From Acidobacteriota bacterium (GTDB lineage Bacteria > Acidobacteriota > Polarisedimenticolia > J045), in NCBI GenBank assembly GCA_046331425.1, contig JAXLQU010000002.1, positions 6,398 to 70,397 on the forward strand: DNA of 64,000 nt. The letters run 5' to 3'. A program made the position numbers and the translations under genes. Shown in pieces: positions 48,348 to 58,624 of this stretch (its first letter is position 1; every line of letters begins with the position of its first letter). The notes under the pieces are model-generated. The model saw only the letters and a list, made by a program, of their open reading frames with translations. It had not been told where the DNA came from and made no database searches.

Positions 48348-48469
48348 CATCTCGGCGCGGTGCGCAGTGACGCTCCACGAGAGCGGTCAGTCGCGACGCG
48401 TGCTCGCACGAGCGGTTCTGTGGCGACGCGCGCTCGGGTTCTTCGCCCGGCAGTCCTGCGTGGTCTGTA

Positions 48470-49105
48470 TCAAGGAAGCGAGGGGATCGTCAGCACGTCC
48501 TGCAACCGTGCTTGCGGCGCCTCGATAGCGACACCACCGCGTTGACGGAGTTCCAGCACGAACTCGGCGTGGGTCGTCGTGCGCGATAGTCCGGCTCGCG
48601 TGGCGGGTGTTTGAGATAGCGGTCCAGCAGTCGAGTCGGCATCGACCAGCAGCGTGGTCGAGTAGTAGAAGACCGCGCGCGGTTTGTAGATGCACGAGCC
48701 GCCAATCTTTCGATCGTCAATAGTCAGGTCGGAGGTGCCGCGTTGCTGTACGTTGGGCAGGCCGCAGGCGACCAGTCCCGCGATCATCCACGACGACAGC
48801 GCATTGAACGACGAGCGAATTCCGGGTAACCCCTCGGCGGGCAGCACGACACTGACCACCAAGTTCCCGGGATCGAGCACCACGCTGCAGCCGCCGCCGG
48901 CGCGTCGTGTGAGTGGGACCTGATCGGCAAGACAGTCTTGGATGTTCAGTTCCAAGTGCGGCCTGCTGCCGCTTCCGAGCACCACTTCGATGCGCGAAGG
49001 GCGGGAGATGCGCACCCTTGGTTGCGCGGCGGCGAGTAGATCGTCGTCGTTGTCGTAGAGGCCGATCGGCAGGCCTTCGTTGCGCGATGTATCCAAGGCG
49101 CTCAT
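48470..49105 (-). CDS. Lipoate-protein ligase / octanoyltransferase family protein (BPL/LPL catalytic domain)
   Basis: LTRRAGGGCSVVLDPGNLVVSVVLP matches the BPL_LPL RRxSGGGAV.HD.GN motif. Lies next to the 2-oxoacid dehydrogenase operon. Confidence 0.55.
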   Translation of the reverse strand: MSALDTSRNEGLPIGLYDNDDDLLAAAQPRVRISRPSRIEVVLGSGSRPHLELNIQDCLADQVPLTRRAGGGCSVVLDPGNLVVSVVLPAEGLPGIRSSFNALSSWMIAGLVACGLPNVQQRGTSDLTIDDRKIGGSCIYKPRAVFYYSTTLLVDADSTAGPLSQTPATRAGLSRTTTHAEFVLELRQRGGVAIEAPQARLQDVLTIPSLP

Positions 49106-49195
49106 CGGACCGCGCCGATCGAGGTAGGGAAGTCTGCAATCGTCGCTGGCTGTTTCAACGAAGTCGTTTCCGCCGGATCGAAGCGAGGCGGCGCA

Positions 49196-50480
49196 TCACG
49201 GTGCGTAGAGGTCGATCACGCGTTGAATCGCACGCCGGCAGGCGGCGCAGAATCCGCCCTCAGTTGCGCGTGAACATGATGCAATCGGCTTGAGAGCGAT
49301 AGTAGCCGGTCGACTCGTAGTTGGCGCCTTCGAAGCTTCCAACCACCTTCGCGTGTGCGCCGGCGCCGAGCAGTTTGATCGTTCCAGCGAGTTCCTCGCG
49401 AAACAGCGCTTCCATCTCGCTCTCCGGTTTGCCGGCGGCGCGAATGGCGCGACGTCAGGCTTGAATCTCGCGCTGGTACGTCTCGAACGGCTGCTTGTCC
49501 CACGGCGCGTGGGGCGCGGCGTGTCGGCCGCGATGAGGTCGTTCCACTTCGGCGTCGTGGCGTTGGCGGTGACGTTGGGCTCCCACGGCTCGGGGCGTTC
49601 GCTGCCGGCCGTGTAGGCAACGTCCGAGGTGTAGTACTCGTCGGCCAACCCGGCGAAGTGATGACCGAATTCGTGCACGAAAACGTACGGTGTGAATGCG
49701 TTGTCGGCCGCGACGGTGGCGTACAGGTTGAAGATGCCGCCGCCGCCGTAGGTGCGGGTGTTGGTGACGATCTCGACGAACTCGTACGGCGCAGCAACAA
49801 CGATCTCGCGCCAACGTTTGTTATCGAAGCTCAGCAAGATAACGCTCGGAGCCGAAGGCGTCGTAGGTTGCACGGGCCGGTGAGTGTCCGGTAGGTGCCG
49901 GAGGACGGGCGAGCGACGCCGCTCTGCGCGGCAGGGACATCGATCGCCCAGACGTTGAAGCGCTGCTGGTTTTTCCTTGAAGGGGACGCCTTGAACAGTT
50001 CAGCAGTGAGACGCCGAGCATCGCTGTGCCACTTGCTCATCTCGGCTGCGGTGTAGCCGTCGCCGATCAAGAGCCAGGTCGACCTTCTGTGCCGATGGGC
50101 CGTTTTGCTGCACAGGCCAGACCGTGACGTCGGGCGGCAAGCAGGCCGCTGCGATCGATCAACGCATCGGTGGGATCGAAGCTGTAGCTCCACAGTTCGC
50201 GAAACCCGCGCGCTCGACGTCGCGCTTCTTGACGATGACCTGCGCGCGACGCACTGGCCGCGGGAAGCGCAGCGATTCGTGAAACGTGCGACGGACCGTG
50301 CGCGCTTCGTCGGTGGTCTCCCACTCGCCGTAGATGCTCGCGAAGCCGCGCAGAAAACAACAGCGCGTTGGACGGCAAGTCGCGCACCTCGAACAGGTAC
50401 CTGCCGAGATCGGTCTCATCGATGGTTCGGCTCAGCGGCCCGGGCCAGCCCCCTCGATCGCCAACCCATCGAGCGGCAGC
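49196..50480 (-). pseudogene. M64-family (IgA peptidase-like) zinc metallopeptidase gene broken into at least 4 frames
   Basis: VFVHEFGHHFAGLADEYYTSD (HExxH) in ORF 49196..49873. N-terminal-like fragments MSKWHSDARRLTAELFKASP...FNVWAIDVPAAQSG (49831..50193) and IDETDLGRYLFEVRDLPSNALLFSA (50067..50684) sit in other frames. Confidence 0.5.
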
Positions 50481-50606
50481 AACTCCTCCGTCGCCGACCC
50501 CGTGTGAAAGAAATCGACCCTCAACGTACCCGGAGTTGCCGCCACAACCGCCGCCGCCATCAGCACCACGATTCCCATCGCACCTCCCCAATCCGAGGAT
50601 CAATCC

Positions 50607-50777
50607 GGGGACGGTATACCGATTCAAATCGGAGACGCCAACCCTAATCAAATCGGGGACGGCATACCTATTTCGCTGAGCCACGCCGGCCGGCGTAGCT
50701 CCGGCGAAATGGGTATGCCGTCCCCAGAGTGATCCCCGAACCGCGTGGTCCGCGACGGAAATAGGTATGCCGTCCCC
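50607..50777. repeat. Nested inverted/direct repeat element (4 copies of GGGGACGG(C/T)ATACC(T/G)ATTYC) forming a double hairpin downstream of lpdA
   Basis: Copies at 50607-50626 and 50655-50675 (direct), 50705-50725 and 50758-50777 (inverted). The inner pair forms a 21-bp stem with one mismatch around a loop containing GCCGGCCGGC. Immediately 3' of the lpdA stop on the minus strand. Confidence 0.7.
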
Positions 50778-50780
50778 GAA

Positions 50781-52193
50781 TTATTTTTTCTTGGGGACGT
50801 GGACGCCGTGGCCGAGGGCGACCTCGGCGGATTCCATCAGCAACTCGCTGAGCGTTGGATGCGGGTGGATCGTGATGGCCAGGTCCTCCAGCGTGGCGCC
50901 CATTTCCAGCGCGAGCGCGGCTTCGGCGATCAGGTCGGAGGCATGCGGGCCGACGATGCCGGCGCCGAGTATCAAGCCGGTTTCAGGATCGCTGATCAGC
51001 TTGGCCTTGCCATCGGTGACGCCCAGTGTCTTGGCGCGACCGAGCGCCATCGCGGGGAAGCTGGCGACGTTCACCGTGCGATTGGCCTGCTTCGCTTCGG
51101 TCTCGGTCAGGCCGACCCACGCCACCTCTGGATCGGTGAACACCACCGCCGGAATCGCGATGTTGTCGAACGCTGCGTTGTGTCCTGCGATCACCTCGGC
51201 GGCGACCTTCCCCTCGCGACTCGCCTTGTGCGCCAACATCGGTCCGTGCGTGATGTCGCCAATCGCGTAGATGTGCGGCACCGAGGTCCGCTTCTGCGCG
51301 TCTGTCGCAATGAAACCGCCCTTGTCGACAGCGATGCCGGTCGTCGCAAGCCCAATGTCCTCGGTGTTCGGCTTACGGCCTACGGCCATGAAGACCTGCT
51401 CGAACTCGAGTGTCTTGCTCGCGCCGCCGGCTTCGACGTTGACATGAAACAGCTTGCCGTCGTGCTTCAGGCCGGTGACCTTCGTCCCCAACATCACCGC
51501 TTCGAACTTCTTCTGCGCACTCTTCAGCACCGGCTGCGAAAGATCGGGATCGCAGCCGGTGAGCAGTTGATCGAGCACCTCGACCACCGTGACACGCGAA
51601 CCCAAGCCGGCATACACGAATCCGAGTTCCAACCCAATGTATCCACCGCCGATCACCAAGAGGCGCGGCGGAACCGTCGGAATATCGAGCGCTTCCTTCG
51701 AAGTCCAAACCGGCAGCCCCTCCGCCATCGGCAAGCGCGCTACGCGCGACCCAGTGGCCAGAATGCAGTGTTTGAACTTGATCGATGAAACGTCAGCCCC
51801 TTCCAACGCCAAGGTGTTTTTGTCGGTGAACCGCGCGCGCCCTTTGATCACCTCCACGCCGCGGTTTTTCATCAAGCTGGCGATCCCTTTCGTGAGTCCA
51901 TCCACCACCGTCTCTTTCCACTTCAGAAGGCCGGCCGGGTCGACCTTCACGTCGCTGAACGACAGTCCCATCTTCGACGCCACTTCCGCTTGATGCTTCA
52001 GCTCCACGGCATGGATCAGCGTCTTGGAAGGGATGCAGCCTTCGATCAGGCACACGCCGCCCAAACGCGGGCGCTCTTCGATCAGCATCACTTCCTTCCC
52101 CAGATCGGCCGCGTGCAAGGCCGCGACATACCCACCCGGGCCGGCACCGATCACCACGACTTCCGTTTCTTGGCTCAGCGATCCCATCACCAT
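50781..52193 (-). CDS. lpdA: Dihydrolipoyl dehydrogenase (E3)
   Basis: VVVIGAGPGGYVAALHAADLGKEVMLIEERPRLGGVCLIEGCIPSK (FAD site and redox-active CxxxxC). Ends ...HGVHVPKKK. Confidence 0.9.
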   Translation of the reverse strand: MVMGSLSQETEVVVIGAGPGGYVAALHAADLGKEVMLIEERPRLGGVCLIEGCIPSKTLIHAVELKHQAEVASKMGLSFSDVKVDPAGLLKWKETVVDGLTKGIASLMKNRGVEVIKGRARFTDKNTLALEGADVSSIKFKHCILATGSRVARLPMAEGLPVWTSKEALDIPTVPPRLLVIGGGYIGLELGFVYAGLGSRVTVVEVLDQLLTGCDPDLSQPVLKSAQKKFEAVMLGTKVTGLKHDGKLFHVNVEAGGASKTLEFEQVFMAVGRKPNTEDIGLATTGIAVDKGGFIATDAQKRTSVPHIYAIGDITHGPMLAHKASREGKVAAEVIAGHNAAFDNIAIPAVVFTDPEVAWVGLTETEAKQANRTVNVASFPAMALGRAKTLGVTDGKAKLISDPETGLILGAGIVGPHASDLIAEAALALEMGATLEDLAITIHPHPTLSELLMESAEVALGHGVHVPKKK

Positions 52194-52198
52194 CGTCG

Positions 52199-53542
52199 TT
52201 ACCTCGTCATCAACCAGTAGAGCGGATCGGACAGGCGGCGAATGATCTCGTTCATGAACCGCGCCGCATCGGCGCCATCGGCCACGCGGTGATCGAACGC
52301 CAGCGTCAGCGGCATGATCGTGCGCACCACGATCTGGCCGTCGCGCACCACCGCGCGCTGCGCCGCCTTGGCCATGCCGAGAATCGCGACCTCAGGGTAG
52401 TTGATCGTGGGGAACAACCCGGTGCCGCCGAGCGAGCCGACGTTCGTAATGGTGAACGTTCCGCCGCGCAGGTCGTTGACCTCGATCGATCCAGCGCGTG
52501 CCTTGGCGGCGACCGCTTCGACATCGGCCGAAACCTCGAGCACCGACTTCTCGTCGCACCCTTTGATCACAGGCACGATCAACCCTTTCCCCGAATCGAC
52601 CGCCACGCCGAGGTTGTAGTACTTCTTGTAGACCAGTTCTTCGCGATACGGGTCGAGCGATGCGTTGAACATTGGATAGTTCTTCAGCGCCTCCACCACC
52701 GCCTTCATTACGAACGGCATCAACGAAATCTTGCCGCCCGGTTTCCCCGCGAGTTCCTTGCGCATTCGCGCGCGGAATTCATCGAGCTGTGTGACGTCGG
52801 CTTCGTCCATGTGCGCGACGTGCGGCACCAGCACCATCGAGGTGACCATTCGCTTGGCCACCTTCTTGCGGATCGAACGCACCGGCTCGCGCTCGACCGG
52901 GCCGAAGGAGGCGAAGTCGGGCATCGCCTCCAGCTCGAGGTAGGGGATGCCCGAGACATTGCCGAAGGCCGCGGGTGTCGATGGCGCATCGCCGGCGGCG
53001 TCGCTTGCGGCCGATCGAGTTCGCGCTGCGCCACCACCGGCCGCGAAATTTTTCAGATCGTACAGCGAGATGCGACCGCCCGGACCGGTCCCGGCGACCG
53101 TGTGAATGTCGATCCCCATCTCGCGTGCCACACGTCGCGTCGCCGGCGCCGCGGCCACGGGGCCGCTGCGGCGGATCGCGCTCGCGGGTGGGGCAGGGGT
53201 GCTCGCGACCGGAGCCGCCGCGCGAACCGTTGCGCTCGCGACAGCGGGCGTCGCGGCGGCAGAGGGCGTGGGCGAAGCCGCCGTGCTTGCAGCGATCGCG
53301 CCCGACGCCGCATCGTCGATGACCACAATCACCTGTCCAACCGCGACGGTGTCGCCGACGTTGCCGGCCAAGGAGACGATCTTTCCGGCGCGCGGTGAGG
53401 GGATCGTTACGGCGGCTTTGTCGGTTTCGACATCGACCAGCGGCGCATCTTCCTTGATCGTCTCGCCCACCTGCGCGTGCCACTTCAGAAGCTCGCCCTC
53501 GTGAATCCCTTCGCCGAGGTCGGGGAGTTTGAACTCGAACAT
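52199..53542 (-). CDS. Dihydrolipoamide acyltransferase (E2) of a 2-oxoacid dehydrogenase complex
   Basis: Lipoyl domain MFEFKLPDLGEGIHEGELLKW...VETDKAAVTIPSP. Ala/Pro linker. E3-binding domain. Catalytic DHRVADGADAARF. Confidence 0.9.
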   Translation of the reverse strand: MFEFKLPDLGEGIHEGELLKWHAQVGETIKEDAPLVDVETDKAAVTIPSPRAGKIVSLAGNVGDTVAVGQVIVVIDDAASGAIAASTAASPTPSAAATPAVASATVRAAAPVASTPAPPASAIRRSGPVAAAPATRRVAREMGIDIHTVAGTGPGGRISLYDLKNFAAGGGAARTRSAASDAAGDAPSTPAAFGNVSGIPYLELEAMPDFASFGPVEREPVRSIRKKVAKRMVTSMVLVPHVAHMDEADVTQLDEFRARMRKELAGKPGGKISLMPFVMKAVVEALKNYPMFNASLDPYREELVYKKYYNLGVAVDSGKGLIVPVIKGCDEKSVLEVSADVEAVAAKARAGSIEVNDLRGGTFTITNVGSLGGTGLFPTINYPEVAILGMAKAAQRAVVRDGQIVVRTIMPLTLAFDHRVADGADAARFMNEIIRRLSDPLYWLMTR

Positions 53543-53626
53543 GGTGTTGCCTCCATGCGTGTCAGAACCTTTTTCAGCGGCCGAATCGAAACTCCAGCAT
53601 CGACCCCGAAAGCCACTATCCGCCGA

Positions 53627-54607
53627 TCAATACGCCAACGTTTCGGCAATTCCTCGTGCGATTACCTGCGGCGACGGAATGAAATGCTCCTCGCGGCCGA
53701 AGTACGGTGTCTGCACGTCGTAGCCGGTGACGCGCTTCATCGGTGCCTGCAGGTACATCAAGTTGTGATCGTTGGCGCGCGCCAAGATCTCGCTCGCAAT
53801 GCCGAACGAGCGGGGCGATTCCTGCACGACCACCACCCGGCCGGTCTTGCGAATCGAGGCGTCGATCGTCGCCACATCCAAAGGCGAGAGCGTCAACAGG
53901 TCGATCAACTCGATCTTGGCAACCATCGCCGGCTGCAGCTCAGCGATCGCGGAGAGCGTCGGCCGCATCATTGCGCCCCAACTGATGACGGTGACGTCGG
54001 TTCCTGGGTGCACGATCTGCGCCTTCCCGATCTCCATCACCTCCGGCTCGTCCGGTACCTCCTCGCGGAAAGCGCGGTACGAGCGCTTCGGCTCCATGAA
54101 CACGACGGGGTCCGGGTCGCGAATCGCCGCCACCATCAGCGCGCGCGCGTTGCGCGGTCCGGAAGGTGCGATGACCTTCACCCCCGGCATTGCCGTGTAC
54201 ATCGACTCGCGCGCCTCCGAGTGATGCTCCAGCGCGCGCACGCCGCCGCCATACGGAAAGCGCAGCACCAACGGCACCGTCTGCTGACCCTGCGTGCGTT
54301 GCCGGTAGCGCGAGGCGTTTCCTTCCAATTGGCCGAACGTGATGTACGAGAAACCGTCGAACTGGATCTCGGCAACCGGTCGCAGTCCGGCGATCGCCAT
54401 GCCGACAGCGGTTCCCATGATTCCCGATTCGGCCAACGGTGTATCGAGCACGCGCCCTTCACCGAACTTGTGGATCAATCCGGCGGTGACGCGAAACACG
54501 CCTTCGTCCAACCCCACGTCTTCACCCATCACCACCACCGATGGGTCGCGTTCCATCTCTTGATGCAGCGCCAAGTTGATCGCTTGCACCATCGTCATCT
54601 GCGCCAT
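53627..54607 (-). CDS. 2-oxoacid (pyruvate/branched-chain) dehydrogenase E1 component beta subunit
   Basis: MAQMTMVQAINLALHQEMERDPSVVVMGEDVG...DTPLAESGIMGTAVGMAIAGLRPVAEIQF (transketolase-like pyrimidine-binding). Confidence 0.9.
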   Translation of the reverse strand: MAQMTMVQAINLALHQEMERDPSVVVMGEDVGLDEGVFRVTAGLIHKFGEGRVLDTPLAESGIMGTAVGMAIAGLRPVAEIQFDGFSYITFGQLEGNASRYRQRTQGQQTVPLVLRFPYGGGVRALEHHSEARESMYTAMPGVKVIAPSGPRNARALMVAAIRDPDPVVFMEPKRSYRAFREEVPDEPEVMEIGKAQIVHPGTDVTVISWGAMMRPTLSAIAELQPAMVAKIELIDLLTLSPLDVATIDASIRKTGRVVVVQESPRSFGIASEILARANDHNLMYLQAPMKRVTGYDVQTPYFGREEHFIPSPQVIARGIAETLAY

Positions 54608-55692
54608 CAGGCCTCCTTCGAAAGGTTCGCCAGATACTCGGCGCGCTGCTCTTCGATCACTTGATGCTTGGTTCCGAAGACGAAGTCGAACGTGCTGTCG
54701 GGCTTCTTGGGTTGCGCCATCGCCGCTTCGTACTCCTTGACCCCGTCATCGACCTCACGCGCCGCCGCTTCCTGCAGTTTCTGCTCGGCCTCTTCGTTCC
54801 AGAGCCCCTTGGATGTGAGATAGGTGCGAAATCGCGGCAGCGGATCTTTCTTCTCCCACAGCTTGACCTCGTCGTCGCTGCGGTACTTGGTGGGGTCGTC
54901 GGCGGTGGTGTGCATCAGAAGGCGGTACGTGACGCATTCGATCAGGGTGGGTCCGCCACCGCTCTTGGCGCGGTCCATTGCCTCTTTGGTCGCTTGATAC
55001 ACCGCCAAGGCGTCGTTGCCGTCGACTTGAATCCCTGGGATGCCGGCGGCGACCGCTTTCTGCGCAATCGTTTGAGAGATGGTTTGCTTGCGCAGTGGTG
55101 TAGAGATCGCCCACTGGTTGTTCTGGCAGATCAACACCGTCGGCGTTTGCCACACCGCCGCCATGTTGAGCCCCTCGTAGAAATCGCCTTGCGAGGTGGC
55201 GCCATCGCCGAAGAAGCACAGGACTGCCGAGCCCTCCTTGCGATACTGCAGCGCATAGGCAATCCCAACGGCATGCGGAACCTGCGATCCGACGATGACT
55301 TGAATCGGCAGCGTGCGCTCGAGCCCGGGGTAGACGTTTCCTTCCTCGAATCCGCCCCAGTAGGTAAGCACGCGCGAGAACGGCACGCCGCGCATCAGCA
55401 TTCCGCCGAGCTCGCGAAACGCCGGCACGAACCAGTCGTTCTCGTCGATCGCCATCGTCGCGGCGCACGAGGCAGCTTCTTGTCCGGTCGACGGGCTGAA
55501 CGTCCCCATTCGTCCCTGACGCTGGAGCTTGAGCATCCGGTCGTCCGCGACCCGCGCCAACACCATGGCGCGATAGAGGCGAAGCAGTTGCTCGGAACTG
55601 AGCTTCGGTTCGAGCTTCTTGTCGACCTTCCCGCTCTCGTCGAGGATCGACAAGTTGGCGATCGAGAAGTTCGCAACTTCTTTTAACGGCAT
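54607..55692 (-). CDS. 2-oxoacid dehydrogenase E1 component alpha subunit (TPP-binding)
   Basis: LLRLYRAMVLARVADDRMLKLQRQGRMGTF...CFFGDGATSQGDFYEGLNMAAVW (TPP motif GDG(x)n N). Confidence 0.9.
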   Translation of the reverse strand: MPLKEVANFSIANLSILDESGKVDKKLEPKLSSEQLLRLYRAMVLARVADDRMLKLQRQGRMGTFSPSTGQEAASCAATMAIDENDWFVPAFRELGGMLMRGVPFSRVLTYWGGFEEGNVYPGLERTLPIQVIVGSQVPHAVGIAYALQYRKEGSAVLCFFGDGATSQGDFYEGLNMAAVWQTPTVLICQNNQWAISTPLRKQTISQTIAQKAVAAGIPGIQVDGNDALAVYQATKEAMDRAKSGGGPTLIECVTYRLLMHTTADDPTKYRSDDEVKLWEKKDPLPRFRTYLTSKGLWNEEAEQKLQEAAAREVDDGVKEYEAAMAQPKKPDSTFDFVFGTKHQVIEEQRAEYLANLSKEA

Positions 55693-55829
55693 CGGGCACT
55701 CCTGAGGCGTTCGTGCAGCGCACGTGACGCGAAAGTGTCAGTGAGGAGGAAGTGTGATTTCCCCTTCAAAACGCACGAAGGCTACATGCGTTTAGAGGGG
55801 CGAGCCATGGCGGAAGTAAGACGAAGAGA

Positions 55830-56168
55830 TTACGGCGACGCGGTAGGCTCTCGCGATTCCACGGGGGAGACCTCGACAAGCAAACCGCCGGTCCAGCGGA
55901 CGATCGCGTTGTAGGCGAACGAGCCGATAAGTCCACCGATCCAGCCCAAGATCAGACCCAAGATCGCATAGAAGAACGGCACGAAGATCAGGACCACCGC
56001 TTCAGACATGCCGAGGCCCCCGAGACCTCCGAAGGCCGCTCCCGCGGCGAACACGATCAACATCAGCGGCACGACAATCAGAGCGATCACCAACATGATC
56101 GTGCCGTAGACCAGGGCGGCGATATTGGCGGTTCGCAACGGATCGAGTCGCTTCAGTTCGTACTTCAT
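55830..56168 (-). CDS. Small membrane protein (2 TM helices), unknown function
   Basis: Internal start MKYELKRLDPLRTANIAALVYGTIMLVIALIVVPLMLIVFAAGAAFGGLGGLG... The upstream extension of the track ORF has no RBS or coding support. Confidence 0.35.
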   Translation of the reverse strand: MKYELKRLDPLRTANIAALVYGTIMLVIALIVVPLMLIVFAAGAAFGGLGGLGMSEAVVLIFVPFFYAILGLILGWIGGLIGSFAYNAIVRWTGGLLVEVSPVESREPTASP

Positions 56169-56286
56169 CAGTGGGCTCTCCGGACGCCGAGGATAGCCCG
56201 GTCGCGGCTGCTCGCGGATTGATCCCGGTTCCGTCTTTTGAAAGAAGGTTGTCGAAGCGTCGCCGGGGCGGTACACCTTCGCGACC

Positions 56287-58506
56287 TTGGAGGGGTCCTC
56301 GATGCGCGTTGGCTTCCTGGCCGTGCTGTGCTTGTTGTGCTCGTTTGTGCTGGCGTCCGCCCAAACCTTCGTCGATACCGGCCACACGGTCGCGCTCGAT
56401 GCGAAACGGGGCGCGGACAAGCGGGTCGATTACGCCTCGCTGCTGACGCTGGGGCCGTGGGATGACCGCAACTACACGTTGACGCTGGAGGACCTGGCGA
56501 TCCTGGCGCCCAACGAGGCTGAGCAACTCGCGGCGATACCCGCTTTCTTCCGTGTGGAAATGCGCAAGGCGCAGCCGGGAATGCCTCGCACCGGGCCAGG
56601 TCAATACCCGCGTCACGCGTTTCCGATCTTCATGCAGATGTTCGGTGGGTACACCGTCGACGGGGTCAAGTATCGCCGCGCCGAACGTGTCGGCGATCGC
56701 TACCTTGTCGTGCTCGACCCAACAGCGACTTCCAACGAGCCGGACGCAGGGCAGGACTTCGTTTCCGGCGAGGTGCGAATCAGCACGCCGGTTGGCGGCG
56801 CTGAATCGGCGATCAAGATCAGCCCTGTCGACCCGAACAAGGTAATCGCCGGCACGATCGGACCGGTCACCAATCAGGACATGTGGTACTCGACCAACGG
56901 CGGCAGCACCTGGACGCGTGTCTCGTTGCCGCTCGGTGGATCCGGTGGCGATCCGGCCGTCGACTGGTCGTCCAACGGCAGCTTCGCCTACACCACCACG
57001 CTGGGTAACTGCGGATTCAGCGGCTGCCAAGTCTGGTTTTATCGCTCCGCCAACGGCGGCCAAACATGGACGAGCCTCGAGTCTGTGACGCCCGGTGACC
57101 CGCGTCGCGAATTCGGTTCCGGCGCCGACAAGGAATACATCCATGTCGACAAGGCGGCGGGATCGCCGTTCAAGGATCGGATCTACATCTGCTGGCATCA
57201 GAACAACGTGCAGTTCTTCGCCCGCTCCGCCGACTCGGGCAATACATTCACCACATCGTCGTTCCCCACGACCAGCGATGAGCGAGGCATCGGCAGCGAC
57301 ATCGCGACCGGACCCAACGGTCACGTCTACTACATTTGGCCCGGGATCAATAACAAGACGATGCGCGTGCGCAAGTCGACCGATGGCGGTGCGACCTTCA
57401 GTGCTACCTCGACCGTGATCGCGAACACGCAAGACTCCTACGACTTCGCGTTGCCGGCGATGGAGAGCCGTCGCGCCTTCATGTATGTCTCCGCCGATGC
57501 CGATCTCGGCAGCGGTCCATTCGGCGGCAGCATCTACGCGGCCTGGACCGACAACACCGGCCCCGAACAGAGCACACCGGCCAACAATCACGGCCGAATC
57601 CAAGTCGCACGCTCTCGTGACGGAGGGGCGACCTGGGCGGTGAGCACTCCGCACTCTACGACCGACCAGCTGACCGTCGATCGCTTCCACCCCTGGCTCG
57701 GAGTCGGCGCCAATGGCGTGGTGCACGTCGTCTACTACGACACCCGGCGCGACCCCAGCCGCAACTCGGTCGACCTGTTTTATGCCTACTCCACCGACGG
57801 TGCGGTCACGTGGTCGGCGCCATCGCGCGTTACGACCGTGCAGTCGCCCAACATCAGCGACGGGTTCGAGTGGGGCGATTACAACGGCCTCGACATCGTG
57901 CTTAGCAATCTGATTGCGATCTACACCGACAATCGCAACGAGACCGGTGTGGGTGACTCGCCCGATGTCTACGGTATTGGGATCACCCCGGGCGGCGCCG
58001 CCGTGTGCGGCAACGGCACGATCGAAGCGGGTGAGGCCTGCGACGGCGCGAATCTCGGCGGGCAATCGTGTGTCACACAGGGATGCAGCGGCGGAACGCT
58101 GAGCTGTTCCGCGGGCTGCACCTCGTTCAATACGTCGGCTTGCGTCGGGTGCGCGGGGCAAGGTGCCGGCACGGTTCCTGACGGCCGCTTTACGGCCGGT
58201 CCACTGCTGAACGTCACCAAGTCGGGCGCCAACATCACGCTGACGTGGGGCGCTGCCTGCGGGTTTGCAAGCGACTACGCAACCTACGAAGGGGACCTGG
58301 AAGTGTCGAATAGCTTGCAGCAGCGATTCTGCTCGAGCGGCGGCGCGACCACGGTGACGTTCACGCCGGCGGCGGCCAATCGCTATTACCTCGTGACACC
58401 GCTGAGCGGCGGCAACGAGGGTTCCTACGGCAAGACGAGCAACGGCGTCGAGCGCTCCCCGGCGGCAACGGCCTGCGTTCCACAGATCATTGCCGTCTGC
58501 CCTTAG
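56287..58506 (+). CDS. Secreted BNR/Asp-box repeat protein (sialidase/glycosyl-hydrolase-like beta-propeller) with Cys-rich region and C-terminal FN3-like module
   Basis: Signal peptide MRVGFLAVLCLLCSFVLASA. Asp-boxes STNGGSTW, SANGGQTW, STDGGATF, SRDGGATW, STDGAVTW. C-terminus ...NRYYLVTPLSGG. Confidence 0.7.
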   Translation: MEGSSMRVGFLAVLCLLCSFVLASAQTFVDTGHTVALDAKRGADKRVDYASLLTLGPWDDRNYTLTLEDLAILAPNEAEQLAAIPAFFRVEMRKAQPGMPRTGPGQYPRHAFPIFMQMFGGYTVDGVKYRRAERVGDRYLVVLDPTATSNEPDAGQDFVSGEVRISTPVGGAESAIKISPVDPNKVIAGTIGPVTNQDMWYSTNGGSTWTRVSLPLGGSGGDPAVDWSSNGSFAYTTTLGNCGFSGCQVWFYRSANGGQTWTSLESVTPGDPRREFGSGADKEYIHVDKAAGSPFKDRIYICWHQNNVQFFARSADSGNTFTTSSFPTTSDERGIGSDIATGPNGHVYYIWPGINNKTMRVRKSTDGGATFSATSTVIANTQDSYDFALPAMESRRAFMYVSADADLGSGPFGGSIYAAWTDNTGPEQSTPANNHGRIQVARSRDGGATWAVSTPHSTTDQLTVDRFHPWLGVGANGVVHVVYYDTRRDPSRNSVDLFYAYSTDGAVTWSAPSRVTTVQSPNISDGFEWGDYNGLDIVLSNLIAIYTDNRNETGVGDSPDVYGIGITPGGAAVCGNGTIEAGEACDGANLGGQSCVTQGCSGGTLSCSAGCTSFNTSACVGCAGQGAGTVPDGRFTAGPLLNVTKSGANITLTWGAACGFASDYATYEGDLEVSNSLQQRFCSSGGATTVTFTPAAANRYYLVTPLSGGNEGSYGKTSNGVERSPAATACVPQIIAVCP

Positions 58507-58530
58507 CCGTCGCTCGAGCTGAAAACAAAT

Positions 58531-58560
58531 CGATTTCCGCCCTGCCTCGGGCGGAAATCG
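58531..58560 (+). terminator. GC-rich hairpin downstream of the BNR gene (terminator-like, no U-tract)
   Basis: CGATTTCCGCC ctgcctcg GGCGGAAATCG, an 11-bp perfect stem. Confidence 0.3.
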
Positions 58561-58624
58561 ACGCGCAAGCTCGGTATCGTTCCCAGAGCGCCTGCCAAAC
58601 GGCGCGCTGAGGGGTACCGAGAGG

